Assembly (NCBI GenBank): GCA_038087875.1
Contig: CM075987.1
Coordinates: 27,840,001-27,904,000 of the forward strand
DNA: 64,000 nt
Direction: 5' to 3'
Source: Malacoraja senta
Lineage: Eukaryota
Part shown: piece by piece, positions 12,252 to 24,290 of the stretch
Position numbering within the stretch: position 1 is the stretch's first letter
Layout of the letters: each line of letters starts with the position of its first letter
Notes under the pieces: model-generated
Database searches by the model: none
What the model was told of the DNA's origin: nothing
The model's input: only the letters and a program-made list of their open reading frames with translations
Translations under genes and position numbers: made by a program

Positions 12252-15200
12252 AAGCATGTCTGTGGATCGCAGGATCAAATGATATCTCTGATTCTCATCT
12301 AATATTTTGGCTCTAGAATACCCCTATTCTAGGACTACACTCCAGTGGTATAGACTGGAAATCAACATCTGTGCCAAAACTGGGTTCAACTACCCCCAAA
12401 CTGAGTTATCAACATACTGATGTTTCATTCTTGGGTCAGAGTTTGGATAAGATGTTGACCGTTTGGGAAAGGTTGGGTAACTGGGATTTGTTTCAGTTGT
12501 TTTCTGATCTTGTTTGCCTTTAGAAAAAAAACACAATTTCCTTGTGAGTGTAATTTTGGGAGTTGGTGGTTTGGCCAGCCTAGGGTTTCCTCATGGCCCA
12601 TGGTTCTCTTGAGGATAAGGTGGTGATGTGCCTTATTGAACTGTGTATGAAGGAACTGCAGATACTGGTTTACACCGAAGATAGACACAAAAAGCTGGAG
12701 TCACTCAGTGGGTCAGGCAGCATCTCTGGAGAGGATTGGGTGACATTTCAGGTCGAGACCCTTCTTCAAACGTCACCTATTCCTTCTCTCCAGAGATGCT
12801 GCCTGACCCAATGAGTTACTCCAGCATTTTGAGCCTTATTGAACCCCAGGGATGGAATTAAAACAAGTGATGGGTGGGGCAGGAGACCCACACAGGCCAG
12901 GCCAGGCTCGAAAGGAATTACTTCTCTAAAGAACCAGTAGGTTTTTATTTTACTCCAGTAACTTCATAGCCACTTTTACGTTGCCACATTTTTATTTTCA
13001 TGTATTAGAAATGACTAACTCACTATTATTTGAAGTGACTCATTTATGAGATTACTAATCGTGTTAGTATTCACAATATTACCATATCTAACATCAATGG
13101 TAAAATGTTGAGATGAGATCTTTGAGAGTAAATGTTGGCAGGCCAGTTCACTGTCATGCACTTCTTGAATAGAAGAACAAACTTTACTTCAGAGATTGAG
13201 CGTGGAAATAGGCTCTTCTGTCCACCGAGTCCTCGCCAGCCAGAAACCCCCCCACTCCCCCGTACACAAGCACTGTCCTACACACCAGGGACGCAATTTA
13301 CACTTTACAGAAGTGAATTAACCCGCAAACCTGTTCGACCTTGGAGTGTGGGAGGAAACTGGAGCACCCGGAGAATACCCATGCAGTCAGAGGGAGAAGG
13401 TACAAACTCCGTACAGACAGCACCTACAGTCAGGATCGATCTCGGGTCTACCGCTGTACCACTGGGCCATGAAATAAACTTTGGATGATTCCCCCCTGAG
13501 TTGAGCTCAGAGTGATAACACTACCACTGTCACCTGGTAACTGATAATCCAAACCTAGTTGCTGGCAGCTGTCATGAGGCTTTCAGTGTTGGCAGTTTGT
13601 GAAAGGAAATGTCTGATATTCAGACATGAGCACATTGGTCTAGAATTCAGAACTTTCAAACTCTTTTGAGGCCACATAGTTAGGAGGATCATAGTTCCAT
13701 GTGCAGTGTGACCAGGTGATACTGAGAGGAAGAGGCTGGAGAGCTCAGTACCTTGACCCAGCTCCTACACATCCTAATTCACTGGGATTGCTATACTGAT
13801 CCATTGTAGACAGTTGTGATGTGATGCCCATGTTCTATTGTCCCCCTCACCTCCATTGCTCTCTGCCCCTTTGTCGCTCCATTCATCTCTCTCTGCATGT
13901 ATCTGTCTCTCCTTCTCTCCCCCTTCTAGCTGTATCACACAACCACAAACCAAAGGGCCTGTTTCCATGCCGTGGGACTAGTGTAGATGGGGCATCTTGG
14001 TCAGCATGGGCCAATGAGCCTGTTTCCTTGCTGTGTGACTCTATGAACCTTGAAAGGGATTTGGAAAGCGTTGGATGATAATCTTCTGGCTTGAACTGCA
14101 TTCTCCGGGAATTGTAATGCCATGCCCAACCCAAGGGAAAAGTTAATAGAAGTGGTTAAACTATATTTTAAAACATGTTTACTTCTGAGTTCTAGAGATA
14201 TTAAAGCCTAGGTTTTTGGGGTGGGGTGATGGGAATGGCTTGTGGAAGCTGGAGCGGGGGAGGTATGGAAGGATGATATACAGAGTTAACAAGCCCAGTG
14301 GCACAGTGAGATAAGGTTCTGCTGTATTGAAAGACATAAGAAATATGGTGGTGGGAAGGTTGGTTAATTCTGAATTCTGATTTCAAAGGGATTAAAGTTA
14401 GATGCCTTGGGCATGCTATTTTATAGAAACAAAGAACTGCAGATGCTGGTTAATACATAAAAAGGCTCAAAGTGCTGGAGTAAATCAGCAGGTCAGGCAG
14501 CATCCCTGGAGAACATGGATAGGTGACCATTTCAGGTCGAGACCATTCTTCACTCTGATGAGATGCCACCTGACCTGCTGAGTTACTCGGTGCTTTGTGC
14601 CATTATTTTATGCTCTCTGCCTCCTATTGATTACCATGGACCTCAGAAATATGCTCCAAACATATTGTTCTGGTGACTGAAAGGATTATTGCCGTCATAC
14701 TTTCTAAGCTGAATGAACATCCTCGCCCATTACAGGGTTACAGGTTGCATCTCTGGAACTGTATTGTGCCTGGTCCCTGATAGTTACTGATGAATGTATT
14801 ATTTATTCTGTAGCCTCTTATAGTTCAGCAGAAATATTTAAACTCATGTTTGTACTTTTGACATATGAATATATCTTCATTCAACACAATTTTGTCCTCC
14901 AGTCTTTAATGACCAGTGCATTCTCTGAACCTACACGTTAAAATGCCAAGTTCTTCTATACAAGGACACTAAGACACAATGTGGAAGAGCCAGAGAGAGG
15001 CACAGAGAGAAGTTATTCAGCAGTCTCTAACTAGAATTGCCCCTTGCCTCTTTCATGAATCATGAAATATGTAGCTTCTGAAGTAGCTACCTAAATCTCA
15101 GTAAAAACTCAGTAGAAAAAATGGTGCAGCTGCTTAGTGGACAAGGCAGATAAGATTGTGGGGAAATATTTATCTTCTATGAATTATGGAAGTGGTTGAG

Positions 15201-16697
15201 AGGGAGGTAGGAGACCATGCCTTCACTGTAGTCGATGGTTCAGACTATTGTCCCAATGTGATGCAGCAGAATCTGTGATTTCCACAGAATTGTTACTTAT
15301 TAGTCAAGAGTGTTTAATTGTCATATGTACTGAAACCGGAACAATAAATTTTTTACATGCAGCAGCATGACACAATATGCTTAAAGAAATATTAGAGGTT
15401 GGAACAAAGCGTCACTGAAGATGGCGCTGAAGCCAGGCGACTGCGTGCTGGTCCCAGAAGTGGATCTGCGATCAAACATTACAATCGCTCCACTCTTCTA
15501 AACCTTTATTTATCTGTTTGATTGTAATCATGCATAGTCTTGTCTTGACTGGATAGCACGCAACATAAAAGCTATTCACTGGACCTCAGTACACGTGGCA
15601 ATAACGTTTAGTGATACAGAGTGGATACGGGCTCTACGGCCCACGAAGTCCACGCCGACTAATGATCACCCCAATCATAACGTAGAACCAACTAGTTCTA
15701 TGTTATGGTAGACACAAAATGCTGGAGTAACTCAGCGGGTGAGGCAGCATCTCAGGAGAGAAGGAATGGGTGACGTTTTGGGTCGAGGCCCTTCTTCAGA
15801 CTCTATGTTATCCAAGTTTCACATCCTACACACTAGGGGCAATTTACTTACAAACCTGCATGTCTTTGGAGTGTGGGAGGAAACCTGGGTAGCCTAGGTG
15901 AGACACAACATCTATGGCACGTGTATTCTTTATGCAAGGCCATCTGACCTCTCACCTCATTTAAACATATTCATGTGTTCATCAGCCATGTTGACAGATT
16001 GTGAATGTCGGGGCAGTAGAAGAACACAAATCAATGTCCTATTCTGCATCGGAGGTGCAAAGGGACTTGGACGTGCTGGTACCGGATTCCCAAAAGGATG
16101 AATCAGTAGTAAGGTAGGCAAATGCAATGTGAGTATTCATTTCAAGAGGACTAGAATATAAAGGGAGGGATGTAATGGTGAGGCTTCATAGGGGACTGGT
16201 CAGACCATATTTGGAGAAATGTTTTGGACCCAATATCTGAGGAGGGATGTGCTGGTGTTGGAGAGGTATACGAGAATGATCGGGTTAACGTATGATGAGC
16301 GTTGATGACACACTTACAGAAGCTCTCCTCCAGAGTGCACATTCCCAGACTGTTGGCCCATATACACCTCCATGTGCTGTAGAACAGGGGGGGATATGTG
16401 GAAACGTGCATTTAGCTAAGTTTATCTCATGCTATTTAATAGGAAAGGGAGGGGTAACAGTTTCACACAAAGGGTGGTGCATGTATGGAACGAGCTGCCA
16501 GAGTTGAGGCTGGGACTATCCCAACGTTTAAGAAACATTGAGACAGGTACATGGATAGGACAGGTTTAGAGGGCAGGCGGGACTAGTGTGGCTGGGTCAT
16601 GCTGGTCGGTGTGGGCAAGTTGGGCCCAAGGGACTGTTTCCGTGCTGCATGACTTTATTTGTCTCTCTTTAAAAAGATTCCACTTGGTATCAATGCT

Positions 16698-17463
16698 TGG
16701 AAGAGTGCTAGCACAATGTAAGTTGTTAATAAAGTGCATTCTTGCTCCACCTTATGACTGAACTATTTATTGTATTTTATATGCTGTCGAAATCTCAATT
16801 TGTTGGTGAATTTGCTGGTTAACCTGCACCTGGTAGTGCTTTGGGAAGAATGTTGGCTCTGGTAAGTACTGGAGCAGTGCTTTTGTTTCCCTTGGGCTAA
16901 CAATACACTGGAGTGCATCACACCAACATGCAAACAATGCATAGTAAGGAGTTAAAGATTCTATTATTCACTCCAGTGGGTATCGATGACAAGCCCAGCA
17001 ATGATTGAGCCTCCCCGGATGCCTTGCGAAGGAGCTGCTGCTGCCTTTCAATATTGGATCAGGAATGTTATTGCATACGTATAGGCAGGACCAATAAACA
17101 ATAGCAACTCTGAAAGACACTGACAAATGCATTTTTCTCACAGAGATTTCAATGCCCTATGTTTATTCTTAATTAATCTTGTTATTTTCTTCCAAACTTA
17201 CGTTTGCACGTTGGTGTGATGAACTCCAGTGTATCGTTAGCCCAGGGGGAACAAAAGCATTGCTCCAGTACAATTTGAAGAGCAGTGGGATTTACATACC
17301 AGAGCCAACATTCATCCCAAAGCACCACCATGTACAAGTTAATCAGCAAATTCACCAACAAATTGAGATTTCAACAGCAAATAAAATGCAATAAATAGTT
17401 CAGTCATGAGGTGGAGCAAGAATGCACTTTATTAACAACTTATATTGTGCTAGCACTCTTCCA
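16698..17463. repeat. Long inverted repeat (arms about 240-260 bp, spacer about 265 bp)
   Basis: 16698-16935 is the reverse complement of 17202-17463, with scattered substitutions and one indel of about 25 bp. Confidence 0.9.
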
Positions 17464-18236
17464 TTGCCTCTCCGTTCAGCATGGTGTACTCACTGCAAGC
17501 TAATCATTCTTTCCAGGCAAGAACAAGTGGCTCACATTTGCTCCACATCTCAGACAGACTGTGCAGAGACTGATCTAAAGTGCAATGTGTAAAAAAAAAT
17601 TCATATTAAATGCGAATTTTTTTTTATTAAAACATTCCTGATTAAAATGTCACCAAAGAATCACAGCAGAATGTTATCTGTTGGATTCTCTTTTATAAAT
17701 GTTATATATTTGCATCAACCCACAGAATTGCGCAGATCTCCTCCACTGTTTGTTCATTCGGGGAGTCCTTACTGGGGTTGAAGGCATATCCCTCTGCCCA
17801 GCACAATAATTTACACCAGCTCACACTGATAATTCTCTCAGGAAGCCAATCCGACCTGAACATTTCAATAACTATCAGAATTCTAAACATCAGCAATTGA
17901 TGGTCAGGATGAGGGTACTTGGAGTTTAATTTAGAGATACAGCACGGAAACAAGCCCTTCTGCCCACCGAGTCCAGGCCGACCAGTGACCCAACACACTA
18001 ACACTATCTTACACAAACGGGGCAATTTACAATTTTACCGAAGCAAATTAATCTATAAATCTGTATGTCTTTGGAGTGTGGGAGGAAATCGGAGCTCCCG
18101 GAGAAAACCCACGCAGGTCATGGGGAGAAAGTACAAACTCCATATAGACAGAACCCATAGTCAGGATCGAACCCAAGACTCTGGCGCAGTGCCACGGTGC
18201 CGCCCTATGCTAGGACAGGCACACACTATTAAGCCT

Positions 18237-18953
18237 TCATTTAATGAGGTCACACAGTTGGTGCAAGGAGCTGAGGATGTGGGCTCTGGGCACCAGCTGC
18301 TTCGCACCACAGGGCTCCTCTTGTCCTCTGCAGATCAGGTAGCTCTCCATTCCGACAGCCCTGGCTGCCAGATAATCCATCCTGATGTCATCTCCGATGT
18401 GCATGACCTGTCTGGGCTCTACCTGGGCGAGGTTCAGTGCTGCATGGAAGATCCGCTGATCCGGCTTGGCGATTCCGGCATCTTCTGACGTCATCACAAA
18501 CTGGAAATACTGCCGCAGGTTACAATTGGCTAAAATCTGCTCCAGGCGGCGATCAAAGTTGGAAATCACTGCCATTTTGACGCCTATCTTCCTGCAGTGA
18601 TCCAGGGTGTCCTGTACATCACCATACACCTCCCAGTTGGCAGCGTTGCAGAACTGGTGGTAAAGCTTCTCTGCCAGTGGAGACAACACCTGCTCATCGC
18701 TCACTCCGCAGAAACAGAAGGTTTTTTTGACGACGTCCACCCACCACTGCTGGGAAGTCAGACCCCGACCTCGTCCATAGTTGGGGAATTGCTTGTCTTG
18801 CATTTGTAAGGCAGCTTGGAATGATCTGTCCAGAGCTCTGGCCTCCAGCTGGAGTCCGTGGAGCTTGGCCTCTGAGGAGTACAGCTCACCAACTGACCGG
18901 CGCACACATAGCAGAGTGCCCTTCACATCCCACGTCAGGAGCTGGGGCCTCAT
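18237..18953 (-). CDS. HDHD3: Haloacid dehalogenase-like hydrolase domain-containing 3
   Basis: ATG at 18953 (MRPQLLTWDVKGTLL); HAD motifs ISNFDRRL, KPD.RIF and HIGDD; acceptor ttttctttcag ends at 18984; convergent with BSPRY as in human 9q32. Confidence 0.95.
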   Translation of the reverse strand: MRPQLLTWDVKGTLLCVRRSVGELYSSEAKLHGLQLEARALDRSFQAALQMQDKQFPNYGRGRGLTSQQWWVDVVKKTFCFCGVSDEQVLSPLAEKLYHQFCNAANWEVYGDVQDTLDHCRKIGVKMAVISNFDRRLEQILANCNLRQYFQFVMTSEDAGIAKPDQRIFHAALNLAQVEPRQVMHIGDDIRMDYLAARAVGMESYLICRGQEEPCGAKQLVPRAHILSSLHQLCDLIK

Positions 18954-19425
18954 CCTCACATCAGTTATAGCTTTGACTATTCTCTGAAAGAAAACAAAAT
19001 CACTGCACTCATACAATGCCTTCAAAACTCCAGGACATCCTTAAACATGGTCACTGTTCAAACAAGTCATAGCAGCTAATTTATTTCTTGCAAATACCTT
19101 AAGCAACAAGATAATAATGTTAAGATATGGTCTCCCAGCACAGTGAGATGCTGCTGAGTCCACGCACTGAAGCTTAGTGCAGCCAGCGCGAAGGCTCTGT
19201 GGGGAGGATCACAGTCTCGGTTTCTTCCACTACTGGACATTGAGAGACCAAGTCCAACGAGGAGACCCTCAAGCAACGGAAGGGTTATCACTCCAGGTGG
19301 ACACACAAGTAGCATTGGTGCTGTGTGTAAGGAAAACGTTTTGTTTAGTTTAGTTTGGTTTGAATGGTTTGGTGCTGATATGGGGGCTTGGGGTCGAATC
19401 CCACTCCTGACAATAAGTTTAGGAT

Positions 19426-19682
19426 CGGCATGGCGGTGCAGCGGTGGAGTTGCTGCCTCTTCACAGCGCCAGAGACCCGGGTTCGATCCTGACTACAGGT
19501 GCTGTCTATACGGAGTTTGTACGTTCTTCCCGTGACCCGCGTGGGTTTTCTCCGGGAGCTCCGGTTTCCTCCCACAGTCCGGAGACGTGCAGGTTTGTAG
19601 GTTAATTGGCTTGGTGTAAATGTCAATTGTCCCTAGTGTGTGTAGGATAGTGTTAGTGTGCGGGGATCGCTGGTCGGTGCAG
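19426..19682 (+). mobile_element. tRNA-derived SINE copy in the HDHD3 5' intron
   Basis: A and B boxes and core intact. Confidence 0.8.
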
Positions 19683-19845
19683 AACAAGAGAGAGAGTTAG
19701 ATTTAGCTGAGTCTTAGGGCTAAGGGAACCAAGGGATGTGGAGAGAAGGCAGGAACGGGGTACTGATTGTGGATGATCACATTGAATGGCGGTGCTGGGC
19801 CGAAGGGCCTGTTTCCGTGCTAAACGAAACGACAGCCCCACTCAC

Positions 19846-20150
19846 ATGTAAGCAGCTGGTTGTTGTAGCTCAGTGTCATGGCGGCCGCTCCTCTCCTCTC
19901 CTCTCCGCCCGCCCGTCGTCATCACCCCGCGCCCGACCGCCCGCCGTCGCCCGGCAACAACCAACTGCCAGCCCGCCCTCTCCTGCATCATCACCCCGCG
20001 ACCGCCCGCCGTCGCCTAGCAACCCGCCGGCCCGCGGCCTGCCTTGAACCCGCTGCCACTGGGCGGCCGGTGGCCGGTGTCGGGGTCATCCTTGGCCGGA
20101 ACGGCTGGCTTATCCCGGCTTGGAATCACACTGTGACAGTCACCGCCGAG
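19846..20150 (-). promoter_or_regulatory. CpG island; probable HDHD3 promoter and first exon
   Basis: CpG-dense GC-rich block; minus-strand donor CAT|gtgagt at 19845; two RFX X-box-like motifs (19946-19958, 20011-20023). Confidence 0.65.
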
Positions 20151-20477
20151 AGAGTAAGTGATGTGAGCAATCAGGGAGCGGGGAAGGGAAAGGACAGGGA
20201 GGGAGAAAGGGAGAGAGAGAGAGAGAAGGGGGAAGAGGCAAGAGTGTTTTATTGCCATGCGTCCCAGATACAACTACGAAATCCTTACTTGCAGCAGCAC
20301 AACAGGATATATAAACGTAGTACACTGTAAACAATATAATAAACGAGAAAAAAAGTCCAGTGTATGTTCACATATATACACACACACATGTGATGTTTAA
20401 GAAAGAACTGCAGATGCTGGAAAAATCGAAGGTAGATAGAAATGCTGGAGGAACTCAGCGGGTGAGGCAGCAACGAA

Positions 20478-20523
20478 GGAATAGGCGACGTTTCGGGTCA
20501 AGACCCTTCTTCAGACCTCTTCC
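20478..20523 (-). ncRNA. Minimal type I hammerhead ribozyme motif in a Penelope pLTR-derived repeat
   Basis: Minus strand GGAAGAGGT-CTGAAGA-A-GGGT-CTTG-ACCC-GAAAC-GTC-GCCTATTCC: intact core, helix II, palindromic ACGT helix III and 8 of 9 possible helix I pairs. Activity is unproven. Confidence 0.6.
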
Positions 20524-20549
20524 TCTGAAGAACTTCTTCCTCAACCCGA

Positions 20550-21142
20550 AGAGCCTCTACTTCATGAGAAGATTACGGAGAGTCGGTTTGTCAAGGAGGA
20601 CTCTCCCTAACTTCTACAGGTGCACAGTAGAGCATGCTGACCAGTTGCATCGTGGCTTGGTTCATCAACTTGAGCGCCCAGGAGCGAAAAAGACTACAAA
20701 AAGCAGTAAACACTGCCTAGTCCATCATCGTCTCTGACCTCCCTACCGTCGAGGGGATCTATCGCAGTCGCTGCCTCAAAGAGGCTGGCAGCATCATCAA
20801 GGACCCACATCATCCTGGCCACACACTCATCTCCCCGCTACCATCAAGTAGAAGGTACAGGAGCCTGAAGACTGCAACGTCCAGGTTCAGGAGTAGCTAC
20901 TTCCCCACAGCCATCAGGCTATTAAACTCAACTCAAACAAAACTCTGAACATTAATAGCCCATTATCTGTTTATTTGCACTTTATCTGTTTATTTATTCA
21001 TGTGTGTATATATTTATAAAATGGTATATGGACACACTGATCTGTTCTGTATTCATGCCTACCATATTCTGTTGTGCTGAAGCAAAGCAAGAGTTTCATT
21101 GTCCCATCTGGGACACATGACAATAAACTCTCTTGAATCTTG
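20550..21142 (+). mobile_element. Rex1-like LINE 3' fragment
   Basis: LYFMRRLRRVGL.. peptide, HPGHTL-like region, AATAAA and CTTGA tail. Confidence 0.8.
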
Positions 21143-22993
21143 AACGTCACCTATTCCTTCTCTCCATAGATGTGCCTCACCCGCTGAGTTCCTCCAGCAT
21201 TGTGCTGGCTGCCTTTTTGAGACAGCTACTCCGGTAAACCCCTGCAATGGGATTTATCAGACAGAGAGAAGGATAGGGAGAGAAGGAGAGAGATGTCAGA
21301 TCCTCGCCTTGATCCGAATGTAATATACACACTCCAAGGACACTGAATACCAACAGTTTTATTCCGCTATTCCTTTACATCCATGTGTCCTCTGACCTTT
21401 CTGACTCTTGCTAACCAGGCCAGGGAAGTCCATGTTACTGTGAATTAGAAAGGTCAGATGGGTCAAGGGATCGAATTCAAACTGACACTTAAAACTAAAA
21501 CTCCAAGATGAGTTTGCCAGTGAAGCTGTAATTTAGCAAGTAACACATCCTGATGATGATTTGCTGGTAATATATCACTTGGTTTGATATCCTGGTAATA
21601 TATAAATGTCAGAATTCCCATTGTAAAACACCTACCCAGCTTGAATGACTGAAATTGTAGAAAGTAAACAGATGCGTTTAGATGCCAGAGGTGAGCATTG
21701 GGATAAAGTATGGAGATTATTTAATTTTCAAATAACGAAGGGCTGCTGTAGCCTTCAAACCAAGCCCACCAGGTGGCAGCATTGTAGCACAGTCTTGACC
21801 AAAGATACTGACTGGCTCTCCAGAGGGACAGAAGCAGCAAACAGTTGAGTGAACAAACAGCTAATGAACACAATTTAACCCTGACTCCCATGTCAGCACC
21901 CAAACAACGAAGCCATGAATCCTACATTAAAGTACAGGACACAATCTTTATCACAATGTAACACGCCTGCCCCTCCAGTAACATGAGGTCTCCTTTGAGA
22001 AGCCGAATATTCATTCTGAACCCCTTGGTATGGGTGACCAGAGACAAGCTGAGAGGCTTTGTGCAGTAATAAAGAGTGGCAGCAAGCAGTGAAACCCAAC
22101 CTCAGAGGGTGAGGAAAGGGATCCAGAGGTGGGAGGGCATTTGTCCTGCTCTCTGCTACATTGGAGCAGTGTGCTGACTGCAAGATGCAGGCAGACACGG
22201 CTGGGCCAGTTACGTGGGGGTAGGGTGGGAGGGGGGACTGTATTAAGTGGTGAATCTGAGAATTCATTGCCACAGACAGCTGTAGAGGCAGTCTTTGGAT
22301 ATTTCCTAAGATGAGACTGATTAGTACGGGTGTCAGGGGTTATGGGAAGAAGGCAGGAGAATGGGGTTAGGAGGGAAAGACAGATCAGCCCGTTCGCGGA
22401 GCTCGGATTCAGCCGCGGGACTTGCTTACCATCACCCGGCGGGGTCACAACATCAGAGGCCTGGATCGCCTCAGCGCAGAGGGAGAGCAAGGAGGGAAGA
22501 GACAAGGACTTTAAGACTTTTGCCTTCCATCACAGTGCAGAGGTGCCTGGTGGACTCACTGTGGTGGATGTAAAACTGTGTTGAGTGTGTGTTTTGTTAT
22601 TTTATTCTATGTTATGACTGCAAGGTTAAACCATTTCGTTGTACTGTAAATATGCAATGATAATAAAGTTGAATCTAATCTAATCTAAATTGAATTGTGG
22701 GTTGAATGGCCTAATTCTGCTCCTTCAATTTATGGTATAGGGGCTCTGCGGTGCATGGACTCTGACTCCAGCAATGAGGAGCGGTGCTGGAAACACTCTG
22801 CATGCCGGGCAGCCGCGGGGGACGGAATATTTCAGTCACCCTTTACGACCGGGGTGAGGCCGTTTGCTCTGAGCCTCCGAGGTGGGTGGAATCCCTTGTC
22901 ACCAGGGCATGTTGGCATACCGAGTCCACACACACTCTAATCCCTGTCTCATCCCACACATCACTCGCACGCGTTTTGTCTTTTGACTTTTTT

Positions 22994-23052
22994 TTTATTC
23001 AGCAAATCCCGCACATGGGCTGCACGATTAACGATTAATAAATAAACAATAA
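22994..23052 (-). terminator. AU-rich element and poly(A) signal of the IER3-like gene
   Basis: Minus strand ATTTATTGTTTATTTATT including the TTATTTATT nonamer (23045-23037), then AATAAA at 22999-22994. Confidence 0.55.
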
Positions 23053-23390
23053 ATCAATATTAACAAGTGTCACCATAATAAACAGTTAACCACAGCCCGA
23101 CCCTGGGGCCTCTGCAGCCTCAGTTGAGTTTATTGAGGTACAGTGACTGTACACCTATAGTGACTGAGTGAGTGAAAAGCTTTTGTTGCACGCTATCCAT
23201 TCTTCAGGACAGTCTGAAGAAAGGTCTCGACATGAAAGGTCTCGACATGAAACGTCACCCATTCCTTTTCTCCACAGATGCTGCCTGACCAGCTGAGTTA
23301 TTCCAGCCCTTTGTGTCTGTCTACAGTTGAGCCATTTCCAGTGTACAGATACATGGTCAGAGAATAACGTTTAGTGCAAGGATAGTCCGA

Positions 23391-23945
23391 TCAAGGATAG
23401 TCCGAGGGTCTCCAAAGAGACAGACAGTAGTTCAGGACTGCTCTCTGGCTGTGGTGGGACGGTTCAGTTGTCTGATGATGAAATGTTCCCGAGTGGTTCC
23501 AGTTCCAGGGCCCGGCCTCCTCGTCTCTGGCCCCGGGCCCCGGCCTCCACCAGGCGGGCCCAGGCCCAGGCCCAGGCTGCTCCCACACGCCGGTCTCGCC
23601 GCTGTAGTTGTCGGCCGGGGCCGGGGCCGGGGCTGGGGCCGGGGCAGCCTCTCCCTCCTCCCCGTCCTCCTCGTCCGGCTGCTCGGCGCAGACCTGCAGC
23701 GCGACCAGGGCGCCGAGGGCGAGCAGCCAGAGCCGGGGCCTGTCTCGCTTCCGCGGCGGCAAGTAGCGCCGGCCCGAGGCCGGGTACAGCACCCGCCGGG
23801 GCCGCCTCCTCCTCCTCCTCCTCCTCCTCACCTGGCGGTGGCAATCAAGCCGCTCCTGCTCCCGGTCCCGGTCCCCCGGCTCGGCAGCACCGCTACTCGA
23901 CGTCCAGGGCAGAGGCCCACAGCGGCCCACAGGGCTGAGGCACAT
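23391..23945 (-). CDS. IER3/IEX-1-like immediate-early membrane protein, 184 aa, intronless
   Basis: Kozak gcccgccATG at 23945 (MCLS..., cf. IER3 MCHS); poly-Arg, RRVLYP..RRYLP and a hydrophobic helix ending LQV, matching the IER3 core; lies in a CpG island; downstream ARE and AATAAA. Confidence 0.8.
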   Translation of the reverse strand: MCLSPVGRCGPLPWTSSSGAAEPGDRDREQERLDCHRQVRRRRRRRRRPRRVLYPASGRRYLPPRKRDRPRLWLLALGALVALQVCAEQPDEEDGEEGEAAPAPAPAPAPADNYSGETGVWEQPGPGPGPAWWRPGPGARDEEAGPWNWNHSGTFHHQTTEPSHHSQRAVLNYCLSLWRPSDYP

Positions 23946-24223
23946 GGCGGGCAGTGGAGACGACAACGACAACGACGACCCGGCCTCTGTCCTCACTGTC
24001 CTCGGCCTCTGGGCCTCGCTCCCCAGTTCTTGACGCTGGACCCCGGGCTCGGGCTCTCGTTGTGTCCGGGCTCTCGATCGATGCTGTTTCTCGGACTCTG
24101 TCCACGTTCTCCCCCTTGCTGTGTATCTTCACGCTGGGGCTTTGGCTCTCTACGCTGGGCCCCGGGCTCTGTGTCTCTGCTGCTCCTGTGGTTCTGTGCT
24201 CCTCTAGCTGCCCGATCCCCGGG

Positions 24224-24290
24224 TTATATCCACGCCGAGCTCCGGGGCCGGGACTTGAATTTCCCTCCCTCATTCACCCAGTGACCGCCC
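24224..24290 (-). promoter_or_regulatory. Putative core promoter of the IER3-like gene: TATA-like box, NF-kB-like site, GC box
   Basis: Minus strand ATATAA at 24229-24224, GGGAAATTCA at 24265-24256 (one mismatch to the kB consensus), GGGCGG near 24285. Confidence 0.5.

Noticed and set aside
18915..18935. HAD motif I reads DVKGT rather than DxDxT, suggesting a pseudoenzyme
   Set aside because: The DVK form is a normal HDHD3 family trait as recalled from human WDVKDTL.
18954..19025. N-terminal extension of HDHD3 shown in the ORF track
   Set aside because: It starts at a non-ATG codon and crosses a clear splice acceptor at 18984.
23391..23411. C-terminal PSDY resembling human IER3 EPSDY
   Set aside because: These codons come from the repeat consensus (GACCCTCGGACTATC), so the match is most likely coincidence.
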